A DNA stretch of 64,000 nt. Origin: a virus. The DNA lies in IMG/VR virus record IMGVR_UViG_3300036853_000417, positions 18,151-82,150 of that record; one strand, given 5' to 3'. The notes under the pieces were generated by a model. It ran no database searches. It saw nothing but the letters and a program-made list of their open reading frames with translations, and had not been told where the DNA came from. Position numbers and translations under genes: made by a program. Below, in pieces: positions 20,061 through 28,979 of the stretch; the stretch's first letter is position 1; each line of letters opens with the position of its first letter.

Positions 20061-20363
20061 ATGTACTACCGTCAGAATGAGCATATTGTTGAGACTGATA
20101 ATATTGATGCAATTCAACGCGCCTATCTTACCGAAGAGGAGGATGGTGTAAAGCTTCTGCATGTAACATTTGTACTCAAACCGGATGCAAATATTACAAC
20201 GCCTGAGTCCTTTCATCTTACCAATGGGGTAGAACACCGCTTATTACATATTCCACCAGAGGAGCCTGCTCCTCCGTCTGAAGAGCCTTTTCCTCCACCA
20301 GAGGAGCCTGCTCCTCCGTCTGAAGAACAAGTACAGGAAGACGAAAAGCCTGTTGAGGATTAG
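20061..20363 (+). CDS. hypothetical protein with Pro/Glu repeat tail
   Basis: GAGGAGG RBS; duplicated PPEEPAPPSEE. Confidence 0.55.
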   Translation: MYYRQNEHIVETDNIDAIQRAYLTEEEDGVKLLHVTFVLKPDANITTPESFHLTNGVEHRLLHIPPEEPAPPSEEPFPPPEEPAPPSEEQVQEDEKPVED

Positions 20364-20433
20364 TCGTTGTTTAGTGGTGTCTATCCGAATAAGCTTATTT
20401 GGATAGACACTCAAGTGGTAAGGTGGTAATGAA

Positions 20434-22512
20434 GTGGATGCTCTTCTTTCCTCTCGATATATTCAAGCTTCAAAATTTGGAGTTGGACCTGATTTCTCTA
20501 TCCATACTGGTGCTATGCATCCGGTAACTGAAAAGGATATTCCAGTAGAGGACCTGGATAAGCCTGTGCTCAAGATGCGCGGTTCATCAGTCGTGGAAGA
20601 TTTACAGGGAGATATCATGCAACTTACGGCATTGCAAGATATGACCAAAGTTGCCTCAGATCTCACCTTCTGGCTCAATCATAGCTATGAGTTGCCAGAT
20701 GATGCCTATGGTAAGATGTACGGTCATCCGACTATTCAGGTACAAAACACTATTGCTGACCTTTGGGTAGCTGTTGAGACCTTTATCAGTAATTCTAAGG
20801 CTGAAAAGACCTATAACCTGATAAAGCGAGAAGGGGCAAGATTCGGCTGCTCTATTGGCTGCATGGTCACGGATTGGAGCTGGCTTGATCCTGACGATCC
20901 CTGGATGTCTGGAATCTCTATTGATCATGTTTACACGGTCGAATTTAGTATTGTTGGCGTTCCTGCAAATCAACGCTGTTGGGTGGAAAATGCGATTAAG
21001 GGCATGTTTGCGCGGAGCCTGGTCAATGGAAATGGGGATATGGCTAAAAGTCTCGCGCCAGCATTTCGAGGACTCTTCTCCAAACAATATGAGGACATTC
21101 TGCGAAACGTGACAAGTGAAGGATTACGAAAGGACCTGGAAAGTATCCCTCTTCGTGATGCACCATCTCACCGCATTATCTATGATTTTGATGGGACAGA
21201 AGGGTTTGCTTTGAGGGACAATAAGGGGACAAAGAAGTCATTACATCGCGAAGATATCCCCACAATTCTTGAGCAATATAAAGAGAAGAAGACGACCAGC
21301 GGTAATACCAACTATCCCCAGAAGGAGGATAGTACCAATGAGCCTGAAGAGGGGACAGACAAAAAGGAGAAGATAGCTGCTGCATCCGAGGTCAGTGTTT
21401 CTGAAGATGGGTCCCACGAGGTATGTACAGGAACACATTCCCATTCGCACAAAGCATATGGGGATCAAGGTAGTGATGAAATGCACAAGCATTCCCATAG
21501 TCACGATGGAGATTCTGCCCACGGCCACAACCACGAAAAATCACAGGAACCTGAAGTACAGAAGGATGTATCAGGACAGGAGCCAATTGTACAACACGAC
21601 GCTCTAAGGGTGGTCTATCATGCATTGCTCGATCAAGCAAACGCTATTGGCAAACAACTTGGTTTATCTCCTGTTGGAGAAGAGACACAAAAAGCAATCA
21701 TCGCAGTCAACATTCCTCCGCAAGACGTGATTACCTTGCTATCTAGCATTGACAGTCAGGTTGATACTCTTATGGCAGGTTTCGGTATCCCTGATATTGA
21801 TGAGACCTACAGCATTGATACTCAGGTGCGTAGAATGCTTGAGAGCTTTTTCAAGATAGCAGAGGGGAGAGAGCTGTCTGACAAAAATAAGCGCATCTTG
21901 CAGTCTATTCATGATGGAGTAAAATCCATGCATCCTGCTGTCTGCGGAGAAGAGAATGCAATGAGTATTGATGATCTGGCCAGATCCTTGCATCCTGACA
22001 CTCGCAAAGATATGACACTTCAGCAAGTACAGGTTTACCAGGAAAGTATGGAAAAGCAACTTGAAGTGTTTACCAGACTCACGGAGGCAATTGAATCAGT
22101 CACTGCAAAAGATCTGATAGAAGGAGCAATTTCGAACGCTTTCAAGAAGTTTCGCATAGAGCAAGAGGAAATCGTACAGATGTTCAAAAGGCTCAAAGAT
22201 ATGCCTCTTGGCCGACCGACGAATCTTGTGGGAAGAACAGTAGAACCGCAAGATGAGGGTGTAGCGCATTATCATGATTTTCTTCAGAGTAGAGCAGGAA
22301 AACCCTGGAGTTTGGAGGAGGCTCTGGCACAGACAATAGTCGAAGAGTACCGTGGAATGCCTTGCAGGAGATGGGAAGATGGTATTGGGGGAGATGTATC
22401 ATCAGGAGTGCGCCCGCGCCTGACAGAACATCAGAAAACGTACATGTCCCCATCTGAAATACTTCGATACAATAAGGGGGAAAAGGCATTCGTTCCAGAA
22501 TTTAACCGATAG
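20434..22512 (+). CDS. prohead protease (HK97-type) with long scaffold-like C-terminus
   Basis: DLQGDIM, WLNH, GCSIG, EFSIVGVPAN. Confidence 0.8.
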   Translation: MDALLSSRYIQASKFGVGPDFSIHTGAMHPVTEKDIPVEDLDKPVLKMRGSSVVEDLQGDIMQLTALQDMTKVASDLTFWLNHSYELPDDAYGKMYGHPTIQVQNTIADLWVAVETFISNSKAEKTYNLIKREGARFGCSIGCMVTDWSWLDPDDPWMSGISIDHVYTVEFSIVGVPANQRCWVENAIKGMFARSLVNGNGDMAKSLAPAFRGLFSKQYEDILRNVTSEGLRKDLESIPLRDAPSHRIIYDFDGTEGFALRDNKGTKKSLHREDIPTILEQYKEKKTTSGNTNYPQKEDSTNEPEEGTDKKEKIAAASEVSVSEDGSHEVCTGTHSHSHKAYGDQGSDEMHKHSHSHDGDSAHGHNHEKSQEPEVQKDVSGQEPIVQHDALRVVYHALLDQANAIGKQLGLSPVGEETQKAIIAVNIPPQDVITLLSSIDSQVDTLMAGFGIPDIDETYSIDTQVRRMLESFFKIAEGRELSDKNKRILQSIHDGVKSMHPAVCGEENAMSIDDLARSLHPDTRKDMTLQQVQVYQESMEKQLEVFTRLTEAIESVTAKDLIEGAISNAFKKFRIEQEEIVQMFKRLKDMPLGRPTNLVGRTVEPQDEGVAHYHDFLQSRAGKPWSLEEALAQTIVEEYRGMPCRRWEDGIGGDVSSGVRPRLTEHQKTYMSPSEILRYNKGEKAFVPEFNR

Positions 22513-22721
22513 CTATTAGGAACAGATAAAGATCGGGTCATCATACGCCCGCTCTTTATCCTTTCGCACCTGCTCTAGATCATCAAGCATCTCGCCAGGC
22601 AGATCACTCCATGCTCCGAATGGATAAATTTCTTCAAGCAATCTCTGATTCGATCTTTAGTCAAATCTGAAAATGGATAGTGGGTCATAAAAATGCTCCT
22701 TTTCTATTCAACAACCAGCTC

Positions 22722-23369
22722 CTACTGAGGGGATGACATTGATACAAAGGAATATCGATAGTCACTTTTATATGCACCCACTATGGAGCGTATATCTTTG
22801 ATATCATACTCATTATTGTAGGGATCAATCTTCCATGAGGGGGCATCGATCATACATTGCTTGCCTCTCTCTAAACGGATAATAGAAAGATCCTGTGGCA
22901 AGAAGTCTGGAATTTCTTCCTCATCATATACAGCAAGGAAAGATATGTAATGCGATCTTTTGGTGAGATTGGCCGTGTGACCCTCCTTCCATGCAGTTAT
23001 GTCCTCTTCCCTTCCCTTCTCTCTGAGAGCGTCCAACACCTCGCCTTTTGGCAAAACATCCTCGCCTGAAGGAGGGAGATGAATTGTCTCTATGGGATAA
23101 CGGATCACGGACGATTCTTCCCGCATGCCATATCCATCAGGAGACTCGTACTCCAACTTCACTATTTTCTCAGTGTAAAACTCGACCTCAACGTTGTTCG
23201 CACTGACACTGACATCCATAAGGCATTCTGAAAAACGTTTCGATCCATCGGGCCAAATGGAGGTTGCAACCTCAATGACAATAGCAATCTCATCGAAATT
23301 CTGCAATTTGCGGGTATAACGGTAGCAGTCGCTGTCAGTAAAACTGACAGTATTATTCTCATAATACAT
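22722..23369 (-). CDS. hypothetical protein
   Basis: ORF with AAGGA RBS in the accessory island. Confidence 0.55.
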   Translation of the reverse strand: MYYENNTVSFTDSDCYRYTRKLQNFDEIAIVIEVATSIWPDGSKRFSECLMDVSVSANNVEVEFYTEKIVKLEYESPDGYGMREESSVIRYPIETIHLPPSGEDVLPKGEVLDALREKGREEDITAWKEGHTANLTKRSHYISFLAVYDEEEIPDFLPQDLSIIRLERGKQCMIDAPSWKIDPYNNEYDIKDIRSIVGAYKSDYRYSFVSMSSPQ

Positions 23370-23389
23370 ATCCTTATCCTTTCAAACTC

Positions 23390-23689
23390 TTATTCTAAAA
23401 CAACATAATTCGGGATACGTGCCGGTTCCAATGGTTTCCAGGGGGGACGCTTGTTTCCTACGTCGCCCAGGGCATTCATTACGCCTGTCCACGAGTAGTG
23501 AGGAACAATCCCCAGAGACTCACAGGCTTGCGCATACTCAGCAAGGAGTCCTGTAACTAGTGCGCGATCACGTCCTTCCAAAATGCTTCCAACACTGTGA
23601 GCCTTAGAACCTTCCGGTTCTAGTTGATAGAGCATTCCCTCATACACGAGGAAATGCCTACCCGACTTTGTACTTTTCCGTATTTCCAT
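23390..23689 (-). CDS. hypothetical protein
   Basis: ORF with GAAAGGA RBS. Confidence 0.55.
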   Translation of the reverse strand: MEIRKSTKSGRHFLVYEGMLYQLEPEGSKAHSVGSILEGRDRALVTGLLAEYAQACESLGIVPHYSWTGVMNALGDVGNKRPPWKPLEPARIPNYVVLE

Positions 23690-23792
23690 TGATTCATCCT
23701 TTCAAAATTTGGCACGTTTCACGCAGAGCATTTATTTGGTCTAGAGACATTCCATGATTATTCCAACGTGCCATGATATAATCCTCCCTGAG

Positions 23793-24269
23793 CTATCTCT
23801 GCCAATATTGGAGGAGCATAAGCTCTCCCTCACTCAAAGAGGAGACATCCAGCTTCTCAAGATCATTTGCTGCAAATCCATAGGCTGCTGTGGGGCCTGT
23901 GCAGGATACGTAATAATCAGGGAGGCCCTCTTCAGGCTTTGGCGCTCTGATGAGATCGATCATCATAGGGGCGCCACTTTCCCCTTTCCTCTGGACGAGA
24001 TCTCCCAGAGAGAACCCGCCGCCTGATAGCAGGGATATCGTCAATACGGAATCTTGTACGGAATCTTGTACAGAGTCCCTATCAGGGACATGATAGATGA
24101 GGAGATATCCCGCACACTCCCAAGTGTGCATCTTCCCTGAGGAGAAGAGCGTGGAGCGCTCCATTGTACCCTCTATTGTAACTTGCATGCCCTCGGCAGC
24201 AGACTCATAAGGAATTCTGCAATCGTCCAGGTCTCCCTGAAATCGGGAATCAATGAGAATGTTTGTCAT
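23793..24269 (-). CDS. hypothetical protein
   Basis: start MTNILI directly after the repeated promoter cassette. Confidence 0.55.
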   Translation of the reverse strand: MTNILIDSRFQGDLDDCRIPYESAAEGMQVTIEGTMERSTLFSSGKMHTWECAGYLLIYHVPDRDSVQDSVQDSVLTISLLSGGGFSLGDLVQRKGESGAPMMIDLIRAPKPEEGLPDYYVSCTGPTAAYGFAANDLEKLDVSSLSEGELMLLQYWQR

Positions 24270-24350
24270 TTTCTTTGTCCTTTCAGAACTTGTGTGTTTC
24301 TTCTGACACATATACCATAACATATATACATACATATGTCAAGGCTTTAG
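24270..24350 (-). promoter_or_regulatory. repeated promoter/RBS cassette, copy A (partial)
   Basis: TTGACA-17-TATGGT, then GTTCTGAAAGGACAAAG before the ATG. Confidence 0.75.
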
Positions 24351-24561
24351 CGATATCAGCAGCGGTACAACCAATATCAACGGGCTTGACGAGTGCGTCT
24401 ATCTCGTCGCTAGGAACATCTGAGAAGTACTGCACATACGCACGCGTGCAGGCTGATTGTGACATCTTTGAATCAATTGTACTAATAATGTCTTCAGAGG
24501 TGGCTTGTAGAGAAATCATAACCACCTTTGAAATATCGGCTATCTGCAAAATCCGGTTTAC

Positions 24562-24801
24562 TCATCTATTCCTTCGTAACTTCCGTTTCAGCAACGGCTC
24601 GACTTCATCAGGCCAGAAGGACATTGAATGCCCATCTTCTGCTTCGACAATGAGAACTTCATCTAAACGAATCTTCTTAACAGTTACAGCCTGTCCAGGG
24701 CCGTATCCATCCTCAATATCGTCCTCATACATCTCAGCATTTTGAGCAATGCGAACTTTATCATTCACTGCATACTGTATCGTCCAAGTGTGCAACCTCA
24801 T
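24562..24801 (-). CDS. hypothetical protein
   Basis: AGGAGG RBS. Confidence 0.55.
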   Translation of the reverse strand: MRLHTWTIQYAVNDKVRIAQNAEMYEDDIEDGYGPGQAVTVKKIRLDEVLIVEAEDGHSMSFWPDEVEPLLKRKLRRNR

Positions 24802-24825
24802 ACGACCTCCTTCCTGTAGCAGAAG

Positions 24826-25107
24826 TTATGACTCGCCGAGTACATTCTTAAACCCTTGTTGGTATCCAAGGTAGTATGCGTGCTGCGCCTTTCGCACACG
24901 CTTTACCCCCTCAGTGATATCAGGTCCCCACTTGCTATCCTCTATGCATTCGCTGATACGTTTGAGTGTTTCTTCCAATGTTGTACCTCCAAAGATATTG
25001 GTTTTCTTATATGGCTGTGCAAATGCTTTGCCATCTGCATAACCTTTGGATTGTTGATACTCCAGGATTTGTTGTAATCCTTCAGTACTCAGATCTTCCC
25101 ATTTCAT
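24826..25107 (-). CDS. hypothetical protein
   Basis: ORF in the small-gene array. Confidence 0.55.
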   Translation of the reverse strand: MKWEDLSTEGLQQILEYQQSKGYADGKAFAQPYKKTNIFGGTTLEETLKRISECIEDSKWGPDITEGVKRVRKAQHAYYLGYQQGFKNVLGES

Positions 25108-25159
25108 ACTATACCCTCTTTCTGACTGTAAAAATCACTATTGAAGCATAATATCTCAC

Positions 25160-25438
25160 TTAGTCACAATCATCTAACGGACAAGATTGTTCTCCAGTAC
25201 ATTCATAAATGGTGATAAGTGTGTGTGCATTGTCCTGACTGGACCATGCCAGATCATACGCGCTTTTGTGATGGAGACAAAGCATTCCATCTGTAGCTAC
25301 GCCAGTACAGATAAAATCATCTGCATAGAGATGTTTGGCAGCCCTTAACTCTCTAACTGCCTGCTTCCATGTTTTAATATGACGTTCTAGTATGTCTCCT
25401 AGCTCTGAATCCATAATGTGGTAATGTAGTGTGCTCAT
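25160..25438 (-). CDS. hypothetical protein
   Basis: GAGGT RBS. Confidence 0.5.
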   Translation of the reverse strand: MSTLHYHIMDSELGDILERHIKTWKQAVRELRAAKHLYADDFICTGVATDGMLCLHHKSAYDLAWSSQDNAHTLITIYECTGEQSCPLDDCD

Positions 25439-25460
25439 TTGATACCTCGGTGATTTTGTT

Positions 25461-25754
25461 TCATCTAAAACAAAGATCTTTTATTTTAGATGGACCAGAT
25501 ATGCGGTCATAGGTTACTTTTAATTGTGTCTCATCGTATTCTCGTAGCTCCACCCTGACTGCTGGCACTGCACATTCTTTCTCGTAGTCGTTCGCTGTGA
25601 GATTACCATTTCGCAGCATCCTCTCAAGCATCTCAAACTTCTGAGCAGCTAGCGTTGGATTAGATCCAACATAGTAAGCATCTTTGCTTCCCACAACATA
25701 ATTAGGGTCATTGGTAGGGAAAATGATCACTATCTGATTTCTTACTTTTTTCAC
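25461..25754 (-). CDS. hypothetical protein
   Basis: first gene after promoter cassette B. Confidence 0.55.
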   Translation of the reverse strand: MKKVRNQIVIIFPTNDPNYVVGSKDAYYVGSNPTLAAQKFEMLERMLRNGNLTANDYEKECAVPAVRVELREYDETQLKVTYDRISGPSKIKDLCFR

Positions 25755-25878
25755 TTTCTTATCCTTTCAGAACTGTTGGTACTTTCTTCTTCTATATATA
25801 TCATAACATATATACGTGCATATGTCAAGGCTTTGGAGGCAATTTTGAAAGGTTCTGAAAAATTATGTGTATAAGTTT
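25755..25878 (-). promoter_or_regulatory. repeated promoter/RBS cassette, copy B
   Basis: TTGACA(25823-25828)-17-TATGAT, flanked by TTTCAGAAC/GTTCTGAAA inverted motifs. Confidence 0.8.
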
Positions 25879-25932
25879 TGGCAAGAAAAAAAGAGGAGCC
25901 ATGCCTGTATAGCCCCTCTTTGAATTGCTGTG

Positions 25933-27546
25933 TCAGGAAATGGTAAGAGACAGAGGAAAAGAGAAGTTTCCTCCACTGGTTGTTACCTTAACCATTGCTG
26001 TATGTTCTCCGCCGGATAGTTCGGAAACATTTATGAGGATGTTGAAGGTTTGTGCCTGTCCCGGTCCCAGAGATCCTCCGGTGATATCGAAAAAATACCA
26101 CGGTTGATCAGATGAGACACTCCAGGTCAGGCGAATCGGTCCATCATTCTGGATAGTATGAGCAATCTTATAGAGCAATCCTGATGATGATGATGATGTT
26201 GGAGGTGGCGCAGGTTCTGGTGGTACCTGTGTTATCCACTGTGGGTACTTTGCAATGTAGTTCTTTAGAGCGGTGTAGGCTTTCACGTATCGTGTTTGTG
26301 CTTGCCCATTGACATACTGTACTTGTACCAGGCTGAAGGCATCTGAGATAGGATTGCCACTAGCATCTCTGTTGATAGCTGCATTAGATGGAGCGTAATC
26401 TAGTGTCCAGAAAAAGGCATGAGAGACAGTACTCGATGTACGTGCACTATCCAAAACAGTAACGAAATTCTTTGCCTGAACCTCCTCTGTTACCAGATTC
26501 TCCGTTCCACGATATGGCTGATTCGTGGTCGCATACCAGCCAAATTCCGTAACCCTGATACCCTTGTCGCCGTCTCCATTGGCTTTCATCACCTCATAGA
26601 GTGCCTTCCATTCTTGTTCAAATGAGGGAACAGTAGACTTGAGTTGTGCTGCCCACTTCCATTGAGTCGGGTCAGTCGCACCGCTTGCTCCAGACTCAAA
26701 TGGATAGTAGTGGAAGTTGACATAATCAAAATGGCTTTTCATGGTTGGAGATGCTTTATAAATAGCATCCAAAAAGTCACAAATGTGGGGTATCTGATTC
26801 CACCAGATGGCACACATCCCAACCAGGGCAGCAGGATTCGCTGTCCTGATTACAGGTGCAACCACAGGCAAAACATTGATGTAGTACTTAGGAGAACGAT
26901 CATTGTAGGCATTTACTGAACCACCATCTGAATTCTGGCTATCGTATTCCTCGTTTCCGATCTCAAATGCCTGGATGATTCCATGTCCATTCTTCCCGTT
27001 ATAGCGCGTAGCTACCGCTTCAGCAAAGATTGCAGTCTGCTTAGGATCGGGGTAGAGGTACCATTGTATCATTGTTCGGTTGTTGCCAGTTATAGGGTTG
27101 GCAAGTATAACTGGATTGGAGCCAGTGCCATAAAACCGATCAGTCTGAATAATTTCTGGATTGCCTATCCCTCCACTCAAGCGCACAGGAGTGTTTGCAG
27201 GTAACTCGGTTGGAGCATTGTCAAGCCTGATAAATTTTGAACCTGTTGTTCCACCACTGATAATGGCACGATTGTTATATCCAGGTTGCTGATCATAAAA
27301 CAGTGGTGATCCCTGGATGACATAACAAATGTTGATGTTGTTACTATTGCATGCTGCTACGACACTATCCAGAGCGGTCCAGGTATACACACCCTGCTTC
27401 TGCTCAATAAAAGACCATGGGAGTTGGTACCGCAGCCAGGTCAGCCCGATAGATTTCATATCGGTAATCAACTGACTAGGAAGTGTGCCATTTATCGGGT
27501 CAAATGTAAAGAAGGCGCAACCATAGGGGGAATCATTCACAACCAT
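25933..27546 (-). CDS. clan GH-A glycoside hydrolase (GH5/GH39-like) with C-terminal BACON/Ig-like domain
   Basis: LRYQLPWSFIE, FEIGNEE (acid/base), NFHYY, VTEFGW (nucleophile); WSVSSDQPW Ig-like tail. Confidence 0.8.
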   Translation of the reverse strand: MVVNDSPYGCAFFTFDPINGTLPSQLITDMKSIGLTWLRYQLPWSFIEQKQGVYTWTALDSVVAACNSNNINICYVIQGSPLFYDQQPGYNNRAIISGGTTGSKFIRLDNAPTELPANTPVRLSGGIGNPEIIQTDRFYGTGSNPVILANPITGNNRTMIQWYLYPDPKQTAIFAEAVATRYNGKNGHGIIQAFEIGNEEYDSQNSDGGSVNAYNDRSPKYYINVLPVVAPVIRTANPAALVGMCAIWWNQIPHICDFLDAIYKASPTMKSHFDYVNFHYYPFESGASGATDPTQWKWAAQLKSTVPSFEQEWKALYEVMKANGDGDKGIRVTEFGWYATTNQPYRGTENLVTEEVQAKNFVTVLDSARTSSTVSHAFFWTLDYAPSNAAINRDASGNPISDAFSLVQVQYVNGQAQTRYVKAYTALKNYIAKYPQWITQVPPEPAPPPTSSSSSGLLYKIAHTIQNDGPIRLTWSVSSDQPWYFFDITGGSLGPGQAQTFNILINVSELSGGEHTAMVKVTTSGGNFSFPLSLTIS

Positions 27547-27693
27547 TTTCCACCTGCATTCTCCTGGGAAATGTTACTCAAAATTGATTATCACCTTCAT
27601 TATACCTCTTAAAGACTTTCCTTGGAGGGTATTCTAAAGATAGAACATATTCTCATATTATCGGGGGAGCAGCGATGAAAAATATCTGCTTTT

Positions 27694-27767
27694 GGATCTT
27701 TAGCTCAGAAGGTGAGAGCGTAGTCCTGATAAGGCTGAGGTCCCTGGTTCGAGTCCAGGAAGATCCA
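27694..27767 (+). tRNA. tRNA-Ile (GAU)
   Basis: GGATCTT/AAGATCC acceptor stem, TAGCTCAG D arm, CTGATAA anticodon loop, GGTTCGAGTCC T arm; no encoded CCA. Confidence 0.9.
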
Positions 27768-27777
27768 TTATTCATAC

Positions 27778-27820
27778 AAAAAGGAACCAGAGCATCAAAT
27801 AATCTCTCTGGTTCCTTTTT
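27778..27820. terminator. bidirectional intrinsic terminator
   Basis: AAAAAGGAACCAGAG...CTCTGGTTCCTTTTT. Confidence 0.75.
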
Positions 27821-27849
27821 GACTTTCAAGCCCAATAGGGGTTTTTCAT

Positions 27850-28238
27850 CGTGTCGGGTCAGGAGACCCCCGTCATTTATGCGGGAGAGGAATGACCCTT
27901 CCTTTCTTTGGTGGATAGGGTGGGGATTCCCACCTACGCTCAAGTCCCCTTGCGGGGAGCCGTTTTTGTCGGAACGGTTAAACCGTTGGCGGATTGCCGC
28001 CCACCGTGTCCAGGCACGGGTGATATAACCCTTCGTGGTTGCAATACAGGCTTAGCTATGAATGTATCCATAACATCGCTTTCGGCGTGAGTAGAAGAGG
28101 TCCGAGTTAGGGTGGCGCTCGGACATTCTTGTAGCCCGTACCGCTGCTGACTGTTCACAAGAACAAAGCCCACTAGTCACAAACTTACGTTGCGCTGGCC
28201 GTTTCGCAAGCCCCGTCATTTCTGGCGGGGTTCATGAC
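27850..28238 (-). mobile_element. non-autonomous IS200/IS605-family element carrying an IscB-type omegaRNA (HEARO-like) scaffold, no iscB/tnpA ORF
   Basis: begins GTCATGAACCCCGCCAGAAATGACGGGGCTTG; internal TGACTAG, GTCCGAG..CCCT..CTCGGAC and CGAAGGG; ends AAAGGAGG..TTCCTCTCCCGCATAAATGACGGGGGTCTCCTGAC; both ends carry the same AAATGACGGGG hairpin; followed by ATGAA. Confidence 0.75.
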
Positions 28239-28263
28239 ATCACTTGGCTTGATGTATGCAAAA

Positions 28264-28300
28264 GTTTCAACCCTGTTCAGGTTGCCATCGAGAAGGAAAT
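28264..28300 (-). repeat. solitary CRISPR-repeat-like sequence
   Basis: 37 nt ATTTCCTTCTCGATGGCAACCTGAACAGGGTTGAAAC with a 3' hairpin and GAAAC end; second repeat-like end CCCCTATTGGGCTTGAAAG at 27823-27841. Confidence 0.4.
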
Positions 28301-28348
28301 CGCCATTGAATTCCTTCTCGGCGGAGTTGTTTGACCGGTGATTAACTC

Positions 28349-28377
28349 ATCATACCATACAACTCAACAACACGCAA
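28349..28377 (-). promoter_or_regulatory. promoter driving the non-coding repeat/omegaRNA unit
   Basis: TTGCGT-17-TATGAT with TG extension; no credible ORF downstream. Confidence 0.55.
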
Positions 28378-28383
28378 GAGTAT

Positions 28384-28749
28384 TCAGGCAGTTCCATTAA
28401 ATCCTTTAAGCCATCCTTCTATGAATGCCTGTACATGAGGACGCTCACTATATTCCATATATGTTTCTTCGCGTGGCATCTCATCAGAAAAATCATATGC
28501 GTGATCCAGTGCAATCTCCTTTGGCGATTTTCCACTGGATGATAGAGCTTCCATATATGCCAGGGGTCCTAATTTCATGATCTGATTGTAAGGAGTACGG
28601 TGTGCAATAGCGTATCTTTTCCCTGCCTCATATCCGATCTGCTGCGTTGCCTCTATGGTCTTTGAATTTCTCCAAGTAGAAACACACTCCAGGTACTCAG
28701 TAGGAAAGGGGATACAGAGTATCTCATAGGCAAAATCATATTTGTTCAC
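28384..28749 (-). CDS. hypothetical protein
   Basis: GTG start after AAGGAG; own TTTACA-17-TATAAT promoter with a palindrome. Confidence 0.55.
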   Translation of the reverse strand: MNKYDFAYEILCIPFPTEYLECVSTWRNSKTIEATQQIGYEAGKRYAIAHRTPYNQIMKLGPLAYMEALSSSGKSPKEIALDHAYDFSDEMPREETYMEYSERPHVQAFIEGWLKGFNGTA

Positions 28750-28844
28750 TTGCTTGCTCCTTCTATCTTGTATTTTATCCTTACTCCCATTATACACATT
28801 AATGTGTATAATGTAAATATTTTAACACATTTGAAGTAACACAA

Positions 28845-28979
28845 AATTATGTGTATAATTTTTCAGAACCTTTCAAAACTGCCTTAAAATTACCCCCAAA
28901 AGCATTGACATTGATACGTGTGTATGTTATGATATATGTGTAAGAAGGAAAACACGCAAGTTCTGAAAGGACAAAGAAA
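28845..28979 (+). promoter_or_regulatory. repeated promoter/RBS cassette, copy C
   Basis: TTGACA(28905)-17-TATGAT(28928); TTTCAGAAC...GTTCTGAAAGGACAAAG. Confidence 0.8.

Noticed and set aside
24283-24549. 88-aa minus-strand ORF
   Set aside because: Runs through promoter cassette A and lacks a clear RBS; may be a remnant, so not called
27694-27767. tRNA as a prophage attachment site
   Set aside because: No duplicated tRNA 3' end or integrase seen; phage genes continue on both sides
27653-28173. ORFs 27653..27943, 27675..28028, 27908..28090 and 27940..28173
   Set aside because: They overlap the tRNA, terminator and omegaRNA element and show no IscB (PLMP/RuvC/HNH) or TnpA motifs
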